Source: Bacilli bacterium
GTDB taxonomy: Bacteria; Bacillota_I; Bacilli_A; RFN20; CAG-826
Direction: 5' to 3'
Length of the DNA stretch: 64,000 nt
Assembly: GCA_045116995.1 (NCBI GenBank)
Contig: JBGUMU010000031.1
Location: forward strand, 6,108 to 70,107
This document shows, piece after piece, positions 48,342-57,583 of this stretch. The position numbers were made by a program, and so were the translations under genes. The notes below the pieces were generated by a model. It had not been told where the DNA came from and made no database searches. It worked only from the letters and a program-made list of their open reading frames with translations. Positions within the stretch are counted from its first letter, which is position 1. The number at the start of each line of letters is the position of its first letter.

Positions 48342-49343
48342 ATGATTATCGTCGATATCGACAATTTAGATGGCTATAGATTTGCTATAGCAAAACATGC
48401 ATTTTTAACGACCTATCCAGATTATAAACTTTTGCAAGATTATAAAAACACCAATTGCATGCTTGTAAGATACCTGAAGGATATCTTTATTGTTTCGCTT
48501 TTAGGAAAACCGACTATTAAACGCAGCGAATTTAGGATTGTTATTTTCAAACAAACAAATAGCAAGGAAACAAATGAATTACTTTCTTCTAGATTTAACG
48601 AATTATTTAACTCATTAATGAACGAGCTTTTACTTAATCCAAAAGAAAATCGCCTTGAAATTGTTAATTCAAGCCTATTTGATGGAATCGTTGTGGACGC
48701 TAATAAAAATGATGGGAGATATCTCGATCACGTGTTCAAACACTATAGCCCTAATTCCTTTGCTAATGGTCAAGATTTATACAATAGAGTTCTAGGCGAA
48801 ATATCTTTTGTTCACCCCGATACCTTTAACGATCCATTTGACTGCCAGTGCGCATATCAAAAAGGGAGTATCACTGATAAATTTAGAGTATTTTGTTCGA
48901 TACCTTATCACGACAATATTTTAATGTGGTCATACTACAGTGTTGACCATAAAGGATATTGTTTTGAATATGGTAAAAAAGATATTATCAGCGCTATGTA
49001 CGCAACTAGGCTAAGCGGCATAGGCATTGTTGGCAAAATTAGATACAGAACAAAAAGACCTATTTACAATCCAAAAATAAAGCCAGTAGTCTCCTACTCT
49101 GATTTGAAATTTTATATCGAAGCTACTTTTTCTAAATTTATGAGATGGTCGCACGAAGATGAATATAGGTTTGTCATAATATCTGATAGTGTTGTTAATG
49201 CGACAAAATTTTATCCGATAACTGTTCCAATCTATAACGTGTATGTTGGATGCAAAGGCAGCACTAATCCATTGGTTCATGGAACAAAAATCATACACCC
49301 TGTCCAACTTAAATTATCTATTTCTGATTACAAACTAAAATAA
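48342..49343 (+). CDS. DUF2971-family protein
   Basis: ISFVHPDTFNDPFDC, MWSYYSVDHKGYCFEY and RWSHEDEYRFV match the DUF2971 signature blocks. Confidence 0.65.
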   Translation: MIIVDIDNLDGYRFAIAKHAFLTTYPDYKLLQDYKNTNCMLVRYLKDIFIVSLLGKPTIKRSEFRIVIFKQTNSKETNELLSSRFNELFNSLMNELLLNPKENRLEIVNSSLFDGIVVDANKNDGRYLDHVFKHYSPNSFANGQDLYNRVLGEISFVHPDTFNDPFDCQCAYQKGSITDKFRVFCSIPYHDNILMWSYYSVDHKGYCFEYGKKDIISAMYATRLSGIGIVGKIRYRTKRPIYNPKIKPVVSYSDLKFYIEATFSKFMRWSHEDEYRFVIISDSVVNATKFYPITVPIYNVYVGCKGSTNPLVHGTKIIHPVQLKLSISDYKLK

Positions 49344-49360
49344 ACAATCGAGGTACAAAA

Positions 49361-50785
49361 ATGGAAATCCGTGTAAAAAAGACAAATCATGCTGTTGTAG
49401 AGGCATTGTATTTTGAAGAATTTATTATTTCTGCTTTAAAGGATTGTGAAGTAGTTAGAAATCAAGAATATCTTTTACATGACAAGTATGCTTCTAGAAC
49501 AGTCAGTAAGTTTGACGGATATTTACCAAATGGTTTGCCTGGGTATGTTAATGGCAGCGCTTTTCTTGAAATTAAGTATGTTGAAAGCCCTTCTTACATT
49601 GATTACTACATTTCTAGAATTAGAGAAAGGTTACCTTCTGAATATCGATTAATTATCATTTGCTTAGTCAATGCAAGGTATTTACATGTCTTTGACAAAT
49701 ACAAAAACATTACTGTGTTGGGCGCAGATTATGTTGGTGAGTTGGCAAAAAAGCATCCTACCCAATGGCTTGCATTCTCGGCCTCTTGTAGACCCGAGGA
49801 TAATATCATATCGTATGATGAAGAGAGAAATGCTTTCTCACTCGCTAATAAAACACTTGCATCTTCAGAAGTCCAAATGGACCATCAATTTAACTCTGAT
49901 GATATAAAACAGCTTAGTGAGATTAACAAACGATCTTTTCGTGACGAATTGAATTCTTCTTCTGGTGGACCGGCTATTTTTATTGGCAATGGCGCTTCTG
50001 TTTGCTTTGGAAGTGATTTATGGAAACCGCTTTGTGACTATTTGTTTGATTACTTAAATCCAAAGTATGTGGATAAATTAGATTTAGTTAGAAAAGCCAT
50101 AGGTGATACAACGTTCTCTTTATCCTCGATGACAAAGTGTTTAATTGATAGAAGCAAGTACTACGCTGCGATTTATTCAAGTTTGTATAGAAAATATGAG
50201 AGCAGTATGCATGATTCAAGCACTTTGATAAGATCGGCCGTTAAAGTTAAAGAACGTTTTCAAAGTATGCCTATTATCACTTACAACTACGATGATTTCT
50301 TTGAAATTGATTATAAAAAGTACACCAAAAATGCAATTACTTCAATTGATGATCAAGCAAAAGATGCTGCTCATAATGAGCCAAAAATACGACATGTCCA
50401 TGGCTTATTCCCATATGGGAAGAGTTATTTAAAACCTAATCTAGTTTTAACCCAAGAAGAATATTACGATGCATATAGATCTGGTACAGGATGGGCACCC
50501 ACAATTCAAAAACAACTTCTTAGGAATAATGTCTGCCTTTTCATAGGCAGTTCAATGTCTGACCTTTATCAAATGTCAATAATCAACGAAATTTACAATG
50601 AGTATTATTCAAAAAGAAAAACCCGCCCGTGGAAATGCTTCGCTCTTCTCTGCTTTAAAGATTTGACCGCTAGAGACATTTATTCTGTGTGTAACTATTA
50701 TGCCAGTAAAGGTGTCTATGTTATTTTTACCGAGGACTTTAAAGATCTTCCTGGAGAATTACTCAAATTATTCGGTTTGAAATAA
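49361..50785 (+). CDS. PD-(D/E)xK-like N-terminal domain fused to SIR2_2-family (defence-type sirtuin) NADase domain
   Basis: N-terminus: FDGY(D52)...AFLEIK(E70,K72). SIR2: IFIGNGASVCFG, ITYNYDDFFE (Asn309), IRHVHG (His346), LFIGSSMSD. Starts 17 nt after the DUF2971 gene. Confidence 0.75.
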   Translation: MEIRVKKTNHAVVEALYFEEFIISALKDCEVVRNQEYLLHDKYASRTVSKFDGYLPNGLPGYVNGSAFLEIKYVESPSYIDYYISRIRERLPSEYRLIIICLVNARYLHVFDKYKNITVLGADYVGELAKKHPTQWLAFSASCRPEDNIISYDEERNAFSLANKTLASSEVQMDHQFNSDDIKQLSEINKRSFRDELNSSSGGPAIFIGNGASVCFGSDLWKPLCDYLFDYLNPKYVDKLDLVRKAIGDTTFSLSSMTKCLIDRSKYYAAIYSSLYRKYESSMHDSSTLIRSAVKVKERFQSMPIITYNYDDFFEIDYKKYTKNAITSIDDQAKDAAHNEPKIRHVHGLFPYGKSYLKPNLVLTQEEYYDAYRSGTGWAPTIQKQLLRNNVCLFIGSSMSDLYQMSIINEIYNEYYSKRKTRPWKCFALLCFKDLTARDIYSVCNYYASKGVYVIFTEDFKDLPGELLKLFGLK

Positions 50786-50840
50786 CTCTTGTTTTCTGAA
50801 AATAATACAAAGTTGTTCGTCGCGTGTTAAACTATTAAAC

Positions 50841-52043
50841 ATGAAGAACCAAGAGCAATATAGTATTTACAAATCTTTTAACTTAAACATATCTATGGCT
50901 AGAGGCAAACCTTGCCAAGAGCAAATTGATTTATCCATGCCTATGTTAGATATCTTTAATAGTGATTCTAATCTCGTTATCAATGGAACCGATTACCGTA
51001 ACTACGGCATTCTGGATGGTATTCCTGAATGTAAGAGAATGTTCTCTAACATCACAGGATTAAAAGAAGAAAACATTATTGTTTATGGCAACGCCTCTTT
51101 ATTCATTATGGCATCACTAGTGGAAAAGAGCATGCTCCATGGTGTTAATGGTGGTGTTCCCTTCTCAAAACAAGAACATATTAAATGGTTATGTCCTGTC
51201 CCAGGATATGATAGACACTTTGCAATATGTGAAGCGTTAGGCATTGAAATGATTAATATACCTATGAACGATGATGGACCAGATATGGATTTAGTGGAAT
51301 CCTATGTCAAAGACCCAACTGTGAAAGGTATATGGTGTGTACCAAAGTATTCAAATCCAGGTGGCAATACATATAGTGATGAAGTAGTTAGAAGATTTGC
51401 TAAGTTAAAACCAGCAGCTTCTGACTTTAGAATCTATTGGGATTTAGCGTACATCGCTCAATCCACCTTTGATGGTGGTTATGAATCGTTACTCAATATC
51501 TATGATGAATGTGTGAAGAATAATAATGAGGATATTGTTTACATATTTACATCCACATCAAAGATGACTTTCCCTGGTAGTGGTGTTGCCATGTTAGGGG
51601 CTTCACCCGCTAACTTAAAAGACATCAAAAACACACTTAAGTATCAAACAATTGGTTATGATAAGTTAAATCAATATAGACATGCATTGTTCTTTAAAGA
51701 TGCAAAAACCATTAAAGAACATATGGATAAACACGCTGCTATATTAAAACCAAAGTTTGACCTAGTTTATGAAATATTTGAAAAAGAAATTAAAGACATC
51801 GCTAGATGGAGTAAACCAACAGGAGGATATTTTATATCCCTTTACTGTAAAAACGCCTCAGAAGTCGTAAAAACATGTAAAGAACTAGGTGTAACACTTA
51901 CAGACGTTGGTGCGGCTTACCCATATCACAAAGATCCTAATAATGAACATATAAGAATCTGTCCAAGTTATCCAACTTTAGAAGAAATCAAAACTGCTGC
52001 GGAAGTAATCTGCCTCGCAGTTAAGCTCGCTTACAATAAGTAA
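50841..52043 (+). CDS. PLP-dependent aminotransferase (class I/II fold)
   Basis: 400 aa. NPGGNTYS and FTSTSKMTFPGSG (PLP Lys) contexts. Confidence 0.7.
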   Translation: MKNQEQYSIYKSFNLNISMARGKPCQEQIDLSMPMLDIFNSDSNLVINGTDYRNYGILDGIPECKRMFSNITGLKEENIIVYGNASLFIMASLVEKSMLHGVNGGVPFSKQEHIKWLCPVPGYDRHFAICEALGIEMINIPMNDDGPDMDLVESYVKDPTVKGIWCVPKYSNPGGNTYSDEVVRRFAKLKPAASDFRIYWDLAYIAQSTFDGGYESLLNIYDECVKNNNEDIVYIFTSTSKMTFPGSGVAMLGASPANLKDIKNTLKYQTIGYDKLNQYRHALFFKDAKTIKEHMDKHAAILKPKFDLVYEIFEKEIKDIARWSKPTGGYFISLYCKNASEVVKTCKELGVTLTDVGAAYPYHKDPNNEHIRICPSYPTLEEIKTAAEVICLAVKLAYNK

Positions 52044-52044
52044 T

Positions 52045-52632
52045 ATGAAAATCATTACCTATCAACGTAAATGTGTGGTTAATAAGCTTCTTAAAAATGG
52101 TGAATATAAAATCACTAATAGAAGCCAAATGAAAACGCTCAATGATATCACAAAGATGATACCTGGTGAGAAATGGCAAAAAGCCTATGACTACATGTTT
52201 GATAGGATGAAAAAGAAAATCAAAAACAAAAGAGACTTCGATGATGATATCATTGCCCCAATTTGGGGTTGGTATAAAGTTGAAGATTCTAAAAAGATTA
52301 ATCACGATAATAAAGGTTTGTATCGTATAACACTAGATATCAAAGATTCTAAAGTCCTTTTAAGCGACTTTGGTTTATATGAATGTTTTGCTATATCCTC
52401 TATTAGTTGCATCTATTACAAAGGCAAAGGTAAAGAAATCGCTAAAGAACTATATCAAAAAGAAAAAGAAGAAGGACCTGAATGTATCTATGAGGTCTAT
52501 GACAAGATGATTAATAAAAAACATCTAAGATACGCCGAATATATTCAAGCTGCATTCTTCAAAATAAGGATGAAAGATGTTGTCTCCATTGAGAAAGTAA
52601 CAAAAGAAGATTACAAGGGATATAAACGCTAA
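52045..52632 (+). CDS. DUF3841-like protein
   Basis: MKIITYQ..., APIWGWY and VLLSDFGLYE resemble DUF3841 blocks as I remember them. Starts 1 nt after the upstream stop. Confidence 0.45.
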   Translation: MKIITYQRKCVVNKLLKNGEYKITNRSQMKTLNDITKMIPGEKWQKAYDYMFDRMKKKIKNKRDFDDDIIAPIWGWYKVEDSKKINHDNKGLYRITLDIKDSKVLLSDFGLYECFAISSISCIYYKGKGKEIAKELYQKEKEEGPECIYEVYDKMINKKHLRYAEYIQAAFFKIRMKDVVSIEKVTKEDYKGYKR

Positions 52633-52734
52633 CTATTCATATTTGATATGGTTACCCATTATTAAAAAGTATGAATACCATTTTTCATATAGTGTATAAT
52701 CAATGCATAATTTATAGATAAGGGGGATAACGCT

Positions 52735-54030
52735 ATGGATTACAGTAAGTATAAAGATCAACCAGAATTCCAAACCGCTCTTAAAGAGATGTTTTCTTCG
52801 TTAGATGATAGTGTACTTAATAATCCTAGATATGCCTCTATCATCGAAAAGATTGTGGAACCTGATAGAATCATTACCTTCGATGTTAACTGGGTTGATG
52901 ATAAAGGTGAAAAACACACTAATAAGGGTTATAGAATTCAATTCAATAACGCGAATGGTGTTTATAAGGGTGGCTTAAGATTCCATAAATCTGTCAGTCT
53001 ATCAATCCTTAAGTTCTTAGGATTTGAACAAATATTTAAAAACTACTTAACCGGTTTACCAATGGGTGGCGCTAAAGGTGGTAGTGACTTTGATCCTAAA
53101 GGTAAAAGTGATAACGAAGTTAAAAACTTCTGTTATGCCTTTATGAAAGAGTTATATCCATATATTGGCGTTGACCTTGATGTCCCAGCGGGTGATATCG
53201 GTGTCGGTGGTCGTGAAATTAGATATCTATATGAAGCTTATAAACAATACTCTGGTAAATGTGATTGTTCGTTAACTGGTAAACCATTAGATTTAGGCGG
53301 TTCTTTATGTAGAACAGAAGCAACTGGTTATGGTGTCACCTATTTTGCTAGAGGTGCTTTAAAAGAATATAAAGACACTAACTTTAAAGGAAAGAGAGTA
53401 GTTGTCTCTGGCAGTGGTAACGTTGCTCTTTACTGTTTAAAGAAAGTCACTGAATATGGTGGAACAGTCGTCGCTATGAATGACTCTGACAATACTATCT
53501 ATGCCCCTAATGGCATCGACTTTGAAACCATTAGAGCCCTAAAAGAAGATAGACGTGGCAGAATTAAAGAATATAAAGACTTAGTTAAAGATGAAGTCGA
53601 AGTATTAGGTTCTAAAGACATCTGGTCTATTAAATGCGATATCGCATTCCCGTGCGCAACACAATTTGAATTAGATGAAGAAGATGCTAAGAAGTTAATC
53701 GCTAATGGCTGTATCGGTGTCTTTGAAGGCGCTAATATGCCATGTACTATGGAAGCAGCGCATTTATTCATTGCTAATAAAGTTATCTATTCTCCTGGCA
53801 AAGCCAGTAATGCTGGTGGTGTTGCAGTATCAGGTTTAGAAATTGAACAATATAAACTTGGTGAAAAATGGTCCTTTGAAGAAGTTGATTTAAAACTAAA
53901 ACATATCATGAAGACCATCTTCAAAAACTGCTATGACACCGCAAAACGATTAGGCGATGAATATAACCTGATAAAAGGTGCTAATAATTATGCTTTTGTG
54001 GGTGTCGCTGAAAAGATGCTAGAAAAATAG
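52735..54030 (+). CDS. gdhA: NAD(P)-specific glutamate dehydrogenase
   Basis: KGGLRFH, GLPMGGAKGGSDFDPKGKS (catalytic Lys), VSGSGNVA Rossmann. RBS AAGGGGGA. Confidence 0.92.
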   Translation: MDYSKYKDQPEFQTALKEMFSSLDDSVLNNPRYASIIEKIVEPDRIITFDVNWVDDKGEKHTNKGYRIQFNNANGVYKGGLRFHKSVSLSILKFLGFEQIFKNYLTGLPMGGAKGGSDFDPKGKSDNEVKNFCYAFMKELYPYIGVDLDVPAGDIGVGGREIRYLYEAYKQYSGKCDCSLTGKPLDLGGSLCRTEATGYGVTYFARGALKEYKDTNFKGKRVVVSGSGNVALYCLKKVTEYGGTVVAMNDSDNTIYAPNGIDFETIRALKEDRRGRIKEYKDLVKDEVEVLGSKDIWSIKCDIAFPCATQFELDEEDAKKLIANGCIGVFEGANMPCTMEAAHLFIANKVIYSPGKASNAGGVAVSGLEIEQYKLGEKWSFEEVDLKLKHIMKTIFKNCYDTAKRLGDEYNLIKGANNYAFVGVAEKMLEK

Positions 54031-54052
54031 GAGAGTTCGAACTCTCCTTTTT
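54030..54052. terminator. Bidirectional intrinsic terminator between convergent gdhA and relB-like genes
   Basis: Perfect GGAGAGT-tcga-ACTCTCC hairpin followed by TTTTT. Confidence 0.8.
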
Positions 54053-54059
54053 AAAACCA

Positions 54060-54275
54060 TCATTTATCTTCCGGTTTCTTGCCTATTTGCGAAGCGAAGT
54101 ATTGGTTGTTTAGATTCTGTGGCATCTCTGTGCTGAATGGTATTTTACCGTTCATCACACAGTTATAGAAAAATAGATTAATTGCTTGAGACATATCTAG
54201 TCCCATACTTTCGAATATCTTTTGAGCCTGTTCTTGAAGGCCGCTATCGATGATAACTTGGATTGGAATAATCAT
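54060..54275 (-). CDS. RelB/DinJ-family type II antitoxin (no cognate toxin gene adjacent)
   Basis: IQVIIDSGLQEQAQKIFESMGLDMSQAINLFFYNCVMNGKIPF is the ribbon-helix-helix DinJ/RelB pattern. Confidence 0.7.
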   Translation of the reverse strand: MIIPIQVIIDSGLQEQAQKIFESMGLDMSQAINLFFYNCVMNGKIPFSTEMPQNLNNQYFASQIGKKPEDK

Positions 54276-54553
54276 AATTATGTCTCCTTGCTTTTGCTAA
54301 CTACATAATAAAACAAAATAGTGATATGAACTAGTTTTTATGTTTCGTTTTAGTTTCACTAGGTTTAATATAGTTGTTCGTGTGTAAACTTTGGTTATGA
54401 AAATAGTAAATATATAATAAGGATTTATATAATAATACCTATAACAGAGTTATAAAGTATATGTTTACAAAATAAGTAAACTAAAGTTGACACAAATAGT
54501 TTGCATTTATGTAGAAATGCTTTAAGATAGAAAACACAAAGGGAGGTCTCTTT

Positions 54554-56194
54554 ATGACCATTGGTGAAAAGATAGTTCACTTAAGAATTGTTAACAACAT
54601 TTCTCAAGAAGAACTCGCAAAGATTTTAAAAGTGTCTAGACAATCTATGTCTAAGTGGGAAAACGGTGAAAACCTTCCACCTTTGACGGCGATTAAAGAG
54701 CTATGCGCTATTTTCAAAGTAACTGCGGATGAATTAATCGATGATAATATCGTTATTCATAAAGGTTACAAATTAGAATTACCAAACGAACACATCAAAA
54801 CCAAATACTTTGGTACAGATGGTTTCAGAGGTGAGGCTAATGAATTACTTAATTCTGATAGAGCGTATAAGATTGGTAGATTCTTAGGTTGGTTCTATTC
54901 CAATCCAAAATATAATATGCAAAAACCAGGCTATAGACCAAAGATCGTTATTGGTAAAGATACAAGACGTTCTTCCTATATGCTTGAATATAGCGTTGCT
55001 GCTGGTGCAGCATCCTCTGGCGCGGACGTTGAATTATTACACGTCACAACAACCCCATCAGTCTCTTACATCGTCAGACAAGACTGCTTCGACTGTGGTG
55101 TCATGATTACCGCATCCCATAACCCATTCTATGATAATGGTATTAAAGTCATTAATGCGAATGGTGAAAAGTTAGAAGATGCAGTTGCCTATTTAGCGGA
55201 AGCCTATTTAGATGGTGACTTCAAAACCTTGGGTTTAGAAGGTGAAAAAGATTTACCATTCGCTAAACGTGGTGATATCGGCACAATTAATGATTACTCT
55301 TCAGGTAGAAATAGATATATTGGTTACTTAATCTCTTTAGCCAAACACTCTATGAAATCCTTAAGAGTTGGCTTAGATGCCGCTAACGGCGCTTCTTGGA
55401 TGATTGCTAAGAGTGTCTTTGAAGCATTAGGCGCTCAAGTCTATATCATTAATAACCATCCAGATGGTTTAAATATCAACTTCAACGCTGGTAGTACACA
55501 CATTGAAAACTTCTGCAAATACGTTAAAGAAAACAAGTTAGATGTTGGCTTCGCCTTTGATGGTGACGCTGATAGATGTATCGCTGTTGATGAAAACGGT
55601 AAAGAAGTTGATGGTGATAAGATCATGTACTTATTAGCCTGTAAGTTACAGAACGAAGGCTCATTAAATAAGAACACAGTGGTGGCCACAATTATGTCCA
55701 ACTCTGGTCTTGCTAAAGCCTTAAAACAAATTGGTGTTAACTTAGAAAGAACTCAAGTTGGTGATAGATTCGTCTTTGAAAGAATGGTCAATGAAGGCTA
55801 TGTTTTAGGTGGCGAACAATCTGGTCATATTATCATTAAGAAATACGCCACAACTGGTGATGGTGTTTTAACAGCCATCATGGTCGCTGAAGAAATGCTA
55901 GAAAGAAAAGAAACCTTATCTAAACTCGTGGCCCCAGTTAAAGTCTTACCACAAAAACTTAAAAACGTCAGAGTTACCGATAAAGCGGCTACTGTCGAAG
56001 ATGAAGTTGTTAAAGCTAAATTTGACGAGGTCAATAAAGAAATCGGTGATAATGGTAGAGCCTTATTAAGACAATCTGGTACTGAACCAGTGGTTCGTAT
56101 CATGGTGGAACTTGGTTCTTTAGAAGAATGCGATAAATATATCGACGCAATTTATAACGTTATCAAGAAGAGAGGTTATGTCATCGATGAATAA
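54554..56194 (+). CDS. glmM: XRE-family HTH domain fused to phosphoglucosamine mutase
   Basis: HTH: IGEKIVHLRIVNNISQEELAKILKVSRQSMSKWENGENLP. GlmM begins at KYFGTDGFRGEAN, active site TASHNPFYDNGIK, FDGDADR, GEQSGH. No in-frame Met between the two modules. RBS AAGGGAGG. Confidence 0.85.
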   Translation: MTIGEKIVHLRIVNNISQEELAKILKVSRQSMSKWENGENLPPLTAIKELCAIFKVTADELIDDNIVIHKGYKLELPNEHIKTKYFGTDGFRGEANELLNSDRAYKIGRFLGWFYSNPKYNMQKPGYRPKIVIGKDTRRSSYMLEYSVAAGAASSGADVELLHVTTTPSVSYIVRQDCFDCGVMITASHNPFYDNGIKVINANGEKLEDAVAYLAEAYLDGDFKTLGLEGEKDLPFAKRGDIGTINDYSSGRNRYIGYLISLAKHSMKSLRVGLDAANGASWMIAKSVFEALGAQVYIINNHPDGLNINFNAGSTHIENFCKYVKENKLDVGFAFDGDADRCIAVDENGKEVDGDKIMYLLACKLQNEGSLNKNTVVATIMSNSGLAKALKQIGVNLERTQVGDRFVFERMVNEGYVLGGEQSGHIIIKKYATTGDGVLTAIMVAEEMLERKETLSKLVAPVKVLPQKLKNVRVTDKAATVEDEVVKAKFDEVNKEIGDNGRALLRQSGTEPVVRIMVELGSLEECDKYIDAIYNVIKKRGYVIDE

Positions 56195-56858
56195 GAAAGC
56201 TGTCTTAACTAAAGATCTCTTTGATTGTAGTAGTGATTTCTTAAGAGAATATTTTGATAACTCAACCTATCCTTGGGAACTACTTCCTCAAATTAAAGAA
56301 GTTATTAAAAAAGTCTTAGAACAGGGTTTACCAGGTTATACCTTACTTAAAGAAGGTGTCCTCGTGGGTGAAAACGTCTCCATTTCACCAACCGCGACAA
56401 TTATTCCACCTGCTATTATTGGAAATAATACTGAAATTAGACCAGGAGCATATTTAAGAGGCAATGTTATCGTTGGTGATAACTGTGTCTTAGGTAACTC
56501 TTGTGAATTTAAAAACTGTATCCTCTTATACCATGTACAAGTTCCACATTATAGTTATGTTGGTGACAGTGTTTTAGGTAACTACGCTCATATGGGTGCG
56601 GGTTCTATTTGTTCCAACCTCAAGAGTGATGGTAAAAACATTGTCGTCCACGGTGAACAAGACTATGAAACAGGTTTAAGAAAAATAGGCGCTATCTTAG
56701 GCGACTATGCTGACATTGGCTGTCAATCCGTCTTAAACCCAGGTACAGTCATTGGTCAGCACTCTCAAGTCTACCCATTAAGCATGGTGAGAGGTGTTGT
56801 CCCAGAAAACAGTATCTATAAAGCCAAAGACAATATTGTCGTAAAGGAGAAAAGATAA
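56178..56858 (+). CDS. Left-handed beta-helix (hexapeptide-repeat) acyltransferase, GlmU C-terminal-domain-like
   Basis: Hexapeptide repeats IGNNTEIRPGAYLRGNVIVGDNCVLGNSCEFKN...VGDSVLGNYAHMGAGS. Overlaps the glmM 3' end. Confidence 0.65.
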   Translation: MSSMNKKAVLTKDLFDCSSDFLREYFDNSTYPWELLPQIKEVIKKVLEQGLPGYTLLKEGVLVGENVSISPTATIIPPAIIGNNTEIRPGAYLRGNVIVGDNCVLGNSCEFKNCILLYHVQVPHYSYVGDSVLGNYAHMGAGSICSNLKSDGKNIVVHGEQDYETGLRKIGAILGDYADIGCQSVLNPGTVIGQHSQVYPLSMVRGVVPENSIYKAKDNIVVKEKR

Positions 56859-56860
56859 TA

Positions 56861-57583
56861 ATGAAAGTCGTCGTTGGTAGTAACGAAGAAATCAGCAAAT
56901 TAATCGCTGAAGAATTTATCAAACAAGTCCAAAAGAAACCAAACAGTGTCCTAGGTTTAGCGACAGGCACATCCCCAATCGAAGTGTACGCTAATATGAT
57001 TAAGGCTAATAAAGAAGGTCGTGTGTCCTTTAAGGATGTGGCGACATTCAACCTCGATGAATACATTGGTTTAGAAGGAACTCATGACCAATCATATCGT
57101 TACTTCATGAACAAATACTTATTCGATGGTTTAGATATCGATAAAGCGCGTACACACGTTCTTAAAGGTGTCGGTGATTATTTAGCCTACGCTAATCAAT
57201 ACGACGCTGAAATCGCCTCTTTTGGTGGCATTGATCTTCAAATCTTAGGTATCGGTAGTGATGGCCATATCGCCTTTAATGAACCAGGTACTCCATTTGA
57301 TTCCTTAACCCATGTTGCAGAACTTACAGAACAAACCATTAGAGATAACTCTAGATTATTCAATGATATCTCTGAAGTTCCTACTAAAGCGGTCACTATG
57401 GGCTTAAAGAGCATTATGAACGCTAGAAAGATTGTCTTAATCGCTACAGGTAAAAATAAAGCCCAAGCTATTTATAACTTATTGAAAGGTCCAATGACTG
57501 AAGAAGTTCCATGCTCCATCCTTCAAAAACACCCAGATTGCACAATCTATGTTGATGAAGATGCTTATAGCATGGTGAAATAG
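56861..57583 (+). CDS. nagB: Glucosamine-6-phosphate deaminase
   Basis: LGLATGTSP, NLDEY, LGIGSDGHIAFNEPG. 240 aa. Confidence 0.9.
   Translation: MKVVVGSNEEISKLIAEEFIKQVQKKPNSVLGLATGTSPIEVYANMIKANKEGRVSFKDVATFNLDEYIGLEGTHDQSYRYFMNKYLFDGLDIDKARTHVLKGVGDYLAYANQYDAEIASFGGIDLQILGIGSDGHIAFNEPGTPFDSLTHVAELTEQTIRDNSRLFNDISEVPTKAVTMGLKSIMNARKIVLIATGKNKAQAIYNLLKGPMTEEVPCSILQKHPDCTIYVDEDAYSMVK

Noticed and set aside
54276-54553. glmS-type ribozyme or another riboswitch upstream of the amino-sugar cluster
   Set aside because: The region is very AT-rich with no recognisable glmS ribozyme core. The downstream gene is glmM, not glmS. I interpret the short palindromes as possible protein operators instead.
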